Shown here: piece by piece, positions 61,391-64,000 of the stretch
Layout of the letters: every line of letters begins with the position of its first letter
Numbering within the stretch: position 1 is the stretch's first letter
Source of the DNA: Marsupella aquatica
Taxonomy: Eukaryota > Plantae > Marchantiophyta
Assembly (NCBI GenBank): GCA_973895155.1
Contig: OZ316895.1
Coordinates: 2,839,659-2,903,658 of the forward strand
DNA length: 64,000 bases
Direction of reading: 5' to 3'
Position numbers and translations under genes: made by a program
The notes under the pieces: model-generated
Database searches by the model: none
Seen by the model: the letters and a program-made list of their open reading frames with translations, nothing else
Told to the model about the DNA's origin: nothing

Positions 61391-62185
61391 CTCCTCACGG
61401 TACCCTCTGCTCATAGTACCCTCCCGGTACCTCCTGCTCACGGTACCCCCCCTTGGTACCCTCCTTGCTGCGGTACCCCCTGGCACTCAAGGCTCCTCCC
61501 GGCTCCTCCTGCCTTGGCTTGCGGTACCCCCTGGCTGGGTACCCTTGGTACCCCCGGCTCCTCCTGCTCACGGTACCCCCGGCTCACGGTACCCCCTTGG
61601 TACCCCCTCGCCTCGGTACCCTCTGCTCATGGTACCCTCCCGGTACCTCCTTCTCACGGTACCCCCCTTGGTACCCTCCTTGCTGCGGTACCCCTTGGCA
61701 CTCAAGGCTCCTCCCGACTTCTCCTGCCTTGGCTTGCGGTACCCTCCCGAATAGGTACCCTTGGTACCCCCGGCTCCTCCTGCTCATGGTACCCTCTGGC
61801 TCGCCGTACTCTCCCGGTACCTCTCGGCTTGTTGCGCCCCGGCAGCCTCACCCTTCTGGCTCTCGGTACCCTCTGGCTCGCGGTACCCTCCCGGTACCTC
61901 TCGGCTTGCTGCGCCCCGGCAGCCTCACCCTTTCGGCTCTCGGTACCCCCATAAGAATCCCTATTTTATTCTCCCATAACGACAAGACCCAAGAGAGCAA
62001 AGGGTCAATTAAAAAAAGGTCCCTCCCGGGTTCAAATAGCTCCAGCCCTCCAAAGCAACATGAACCCCCACCGAGATGAGTAACTTTTAAAAAATTAAAA
62101 AAAACTTGTATATTTTGGCTTATTTATTTACATGCATCATGCAATAACACCTAACGGTGACCTTATGTGACGGGACCCCGTCACA
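61391..62185 (-). mobile_element. Truncated 5' LTR of element E (LTR D) with GGTACC array
   Basis: Near-identical to 48299-49293; plus strand ends ...GGGACCCCGTCACA|TTCTC. Confidence 0.8.
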
Positions 62186-62923
62186 TTCTCCGTGGTCCGG
62201 GCAGTACACCTTGACATCATATTGACGGTTCCTTATGAAGCCTTGGTGCCTCTAGTTGTGAGCTTTTAGTAGGGGCTTGCTTGCAAATTTTCCTTGGCTA
62301 CCCTACTACTTTCCATAGCGATTGAAGCTCGCAGTCTAATGCTTTAATCTACGTCCTTGGTGAAAGTTTGTGAATCGAGCAAGGCGACCCTGTTTGAATA
62401 TTTGGCGACCATCAGGCTCCACCCCTCCTTTCTCGCTACCGTTCCCCGGCCCATGTGGCCTGTCGGTCTCTTCCCAATGTTCCCCTTTATCTTACTCTTT
62501 TAAAGGCATACCTCATGAGTAGAATATCCAGGTAAACTAAGAAAATGAAGGCATACCTCACGAGTAGAATATAAAGGTAAACTAAGAAAATGATGATATA
62601 TCCCAAATGGTATGTGAGTGACTTAACAAACTTCATTCTTGTTGGCTAAACTTAGTTATAGTTGCAACTTCCACAATAGTTATAGAAATGACTTCCCAAG
62701 AATTCTCCAAAACTCAGTCTAGCACTTGTAACTAAAATGACTCCAACAACCTAGGAGTCACAAATTTTGGAAGGTCTCAATGGAGTCACTTAAGGCAGGG
62801 TCTCAGAATGGCCCGGTTTCTTCTAGTGTAGTAAAAGTTGCACTCTCATAGGGAGGGAGTTTTTTTGGAGAGTTAGGTTGTTTTGTCATTGTAGTCTATT
62901 GTTTTGAAGTGGAGAAAGCTCTC

Positions 62924-63201
62924 CTCGGGGGGTTAACTTAGTGTATATTCTGGGGTACCACGTGCGATCCTAGCCTAATATAAACATATGTATTTTATAA
63001 TGAGAATATTCCAAAAATATTCTTCATTTTCAATATTAATTACCTATTTTACTTTATAAAAAGTATATATTATATAATATTCTACAAATATGAATTTATA
63101 ATACCTTCCTACGCTTTTTAAAAATTTGACTGACTTCTATCAAAAATACCTATTTTGGATCGCATGTGGTTCCTAAGAGTTTTGATAGTCAACCCCTCGA
63201 G
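62924..63201. mobile_element. MITE subfamily 1, copy b (278 bp, perfect 8-bp TSD)
   Basis: TIRs CTCGGGGGGTTAACT / AGTCAACCCCTCGAG; TSD AAGCTCTC on both sides. Confidence 0.9.
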
Positions 63202-63379
63202 AAGCTCTCCAGCCTCTTGGAAGATAGGAGTGGGGTTTTGTTGGTTCTAAAAAAATATTTCCAGCCCCCGTTCCAGCCGTCTTCCGCTTGTGGTCCCACC
63301 CTAAGCTCTTCCATGGGAACAAATTGGTAGAGATAGCAATATCTTTGCTTGGGTTGTGTGCTACCCGTGAGTTACCCTG

Positions 63380-63450
63380 CCACGACATTTTGGCACCGTT
63401 GTTGGGGAGTTATGGCGTGAAGATCAGAAGTGGAAGACCTGGATGAGTGA
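63380..63450 (+). mobile_element. LTR 3' end and Athila-type PBS of a further, older Gypsy element
   Basis: ...CACGACA|TTT-TGGCACCGTTGTTGGGGA is a transition-decayed version of the Athila PBS TGGCGCCGTTGCCGGGGA, followed by a decayed gag-like start (..RSGR..). Confidence 0.55.
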
Positions 63451-63621
63451 ACGACAACAAAGATATTCAACAAGGAGTGTAAAAAAGACTATTGCAGATT
63501 AGGAGGAGGAAGGGAGAGCTTCACCGAGGGACGCTTTGGTGAAGAGGACCAGACCTGCACCGACTGTAGTTGTTGTACCAATTCAGGTCACTCCCGCCCA
63601 GGTAATTCCAGTCAAGATGCC

Positions 63622-63908
63622 CTCGGGGGTCTCACTATATGGGGACCTCCCCATCGCCTGCGACGTTTTTAGGCCTCGGACCCCCTAAAATGTAAGAAAA
63701 AATATTTTATTTTTTAATCCCTATAAAGTTGGAATATTCTAAAAATTGGATTAAAAAGACCCTAATGTTCTTATAAGTCTCAAAATTGAATTTAAAAGAC
63801 CCTATTGTTCTTCTACAAAAATTCTTAAGTCTTCCCTTAGAACCAATAAAATGACCCTATCCTTCGTCGCACGTGATATGCCATTTTTGTGGAAGTGAAA
63901 CCCCCGAG
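63622..63908. mobile_element. MITE subfamily 2, copy b (287 bp, perfect 8-bp TSD)
   Basis: TIRs CTCGGGGGTCTCACT / AGTGAAACCCCCGAG; TSD AAGATGCC on both sides. Confidence 0.9.
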
Positions 63909-64000
63909 AAGATGCCCAGCACCAAATGCGAGCTTGTGTTACTCTAGCATGGTTTTTCATGGAGTGCATGTGATCCGCAGGTTCAGACCAAATTTGAGTA

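Larger units (their letters stand above)
47020..62185 (-). mobile_element. Rearranged Ty3/Gypsy LTR retrotransposon 'E' with nested insertions
   Basis: TG...CA ends and 5-bp TSD TTCTC (47015-47019 / 62186-62190). Near-identical LTR sequence at both ends in the same orientation. Purine tract AAGAGAGGAG before the 3' LTR (49294-49306, minus). Internal RT-RH-INT in the same orientation. Confidence 0.7.

Overview
Repeat-rich, intron-containing land-plant nuclear DNA. The species cannot be determined from the sequence. Host genes: first exon of DNA polymerase epsilon subunit B (POLE2/DPB2, minus strand, runs off the left edge), a complete 5-exon PGAP3/Per1 gene, a complete 9-exon GPN2/QQT1 GPN-loop GTPase gene with two minor-spliceosome (U12) introns (one GT-AG, one AT-AC), and an intronless universal stress protein gene. 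Between them lie a decayed RPC4 (Pol III subunit) fragment, a decayed AT-hook gene, two tRNA-headed SINE-like copies, a solo LTR, a Copia fragment, an unidentified decayed tandem gene family and many small tandem repeats. The last ~17 kb is a nest of Ty3/Gypsy elements. Its most unusual feature is two different very long LTRs (~4.95 kb and ~4.35 kb), each carrying a sense-strand protein-coding ORF inside the LTR itself. Each begins with a terminal hairpin, and one family also has dense GGTACC palindrome arrays. Four copies of an unclassified ~290-bp MITE family with CTCGGGGG termini and 8-bp TSDs are also present. All calls were made by eye from sequence and translations; no database searches were run.
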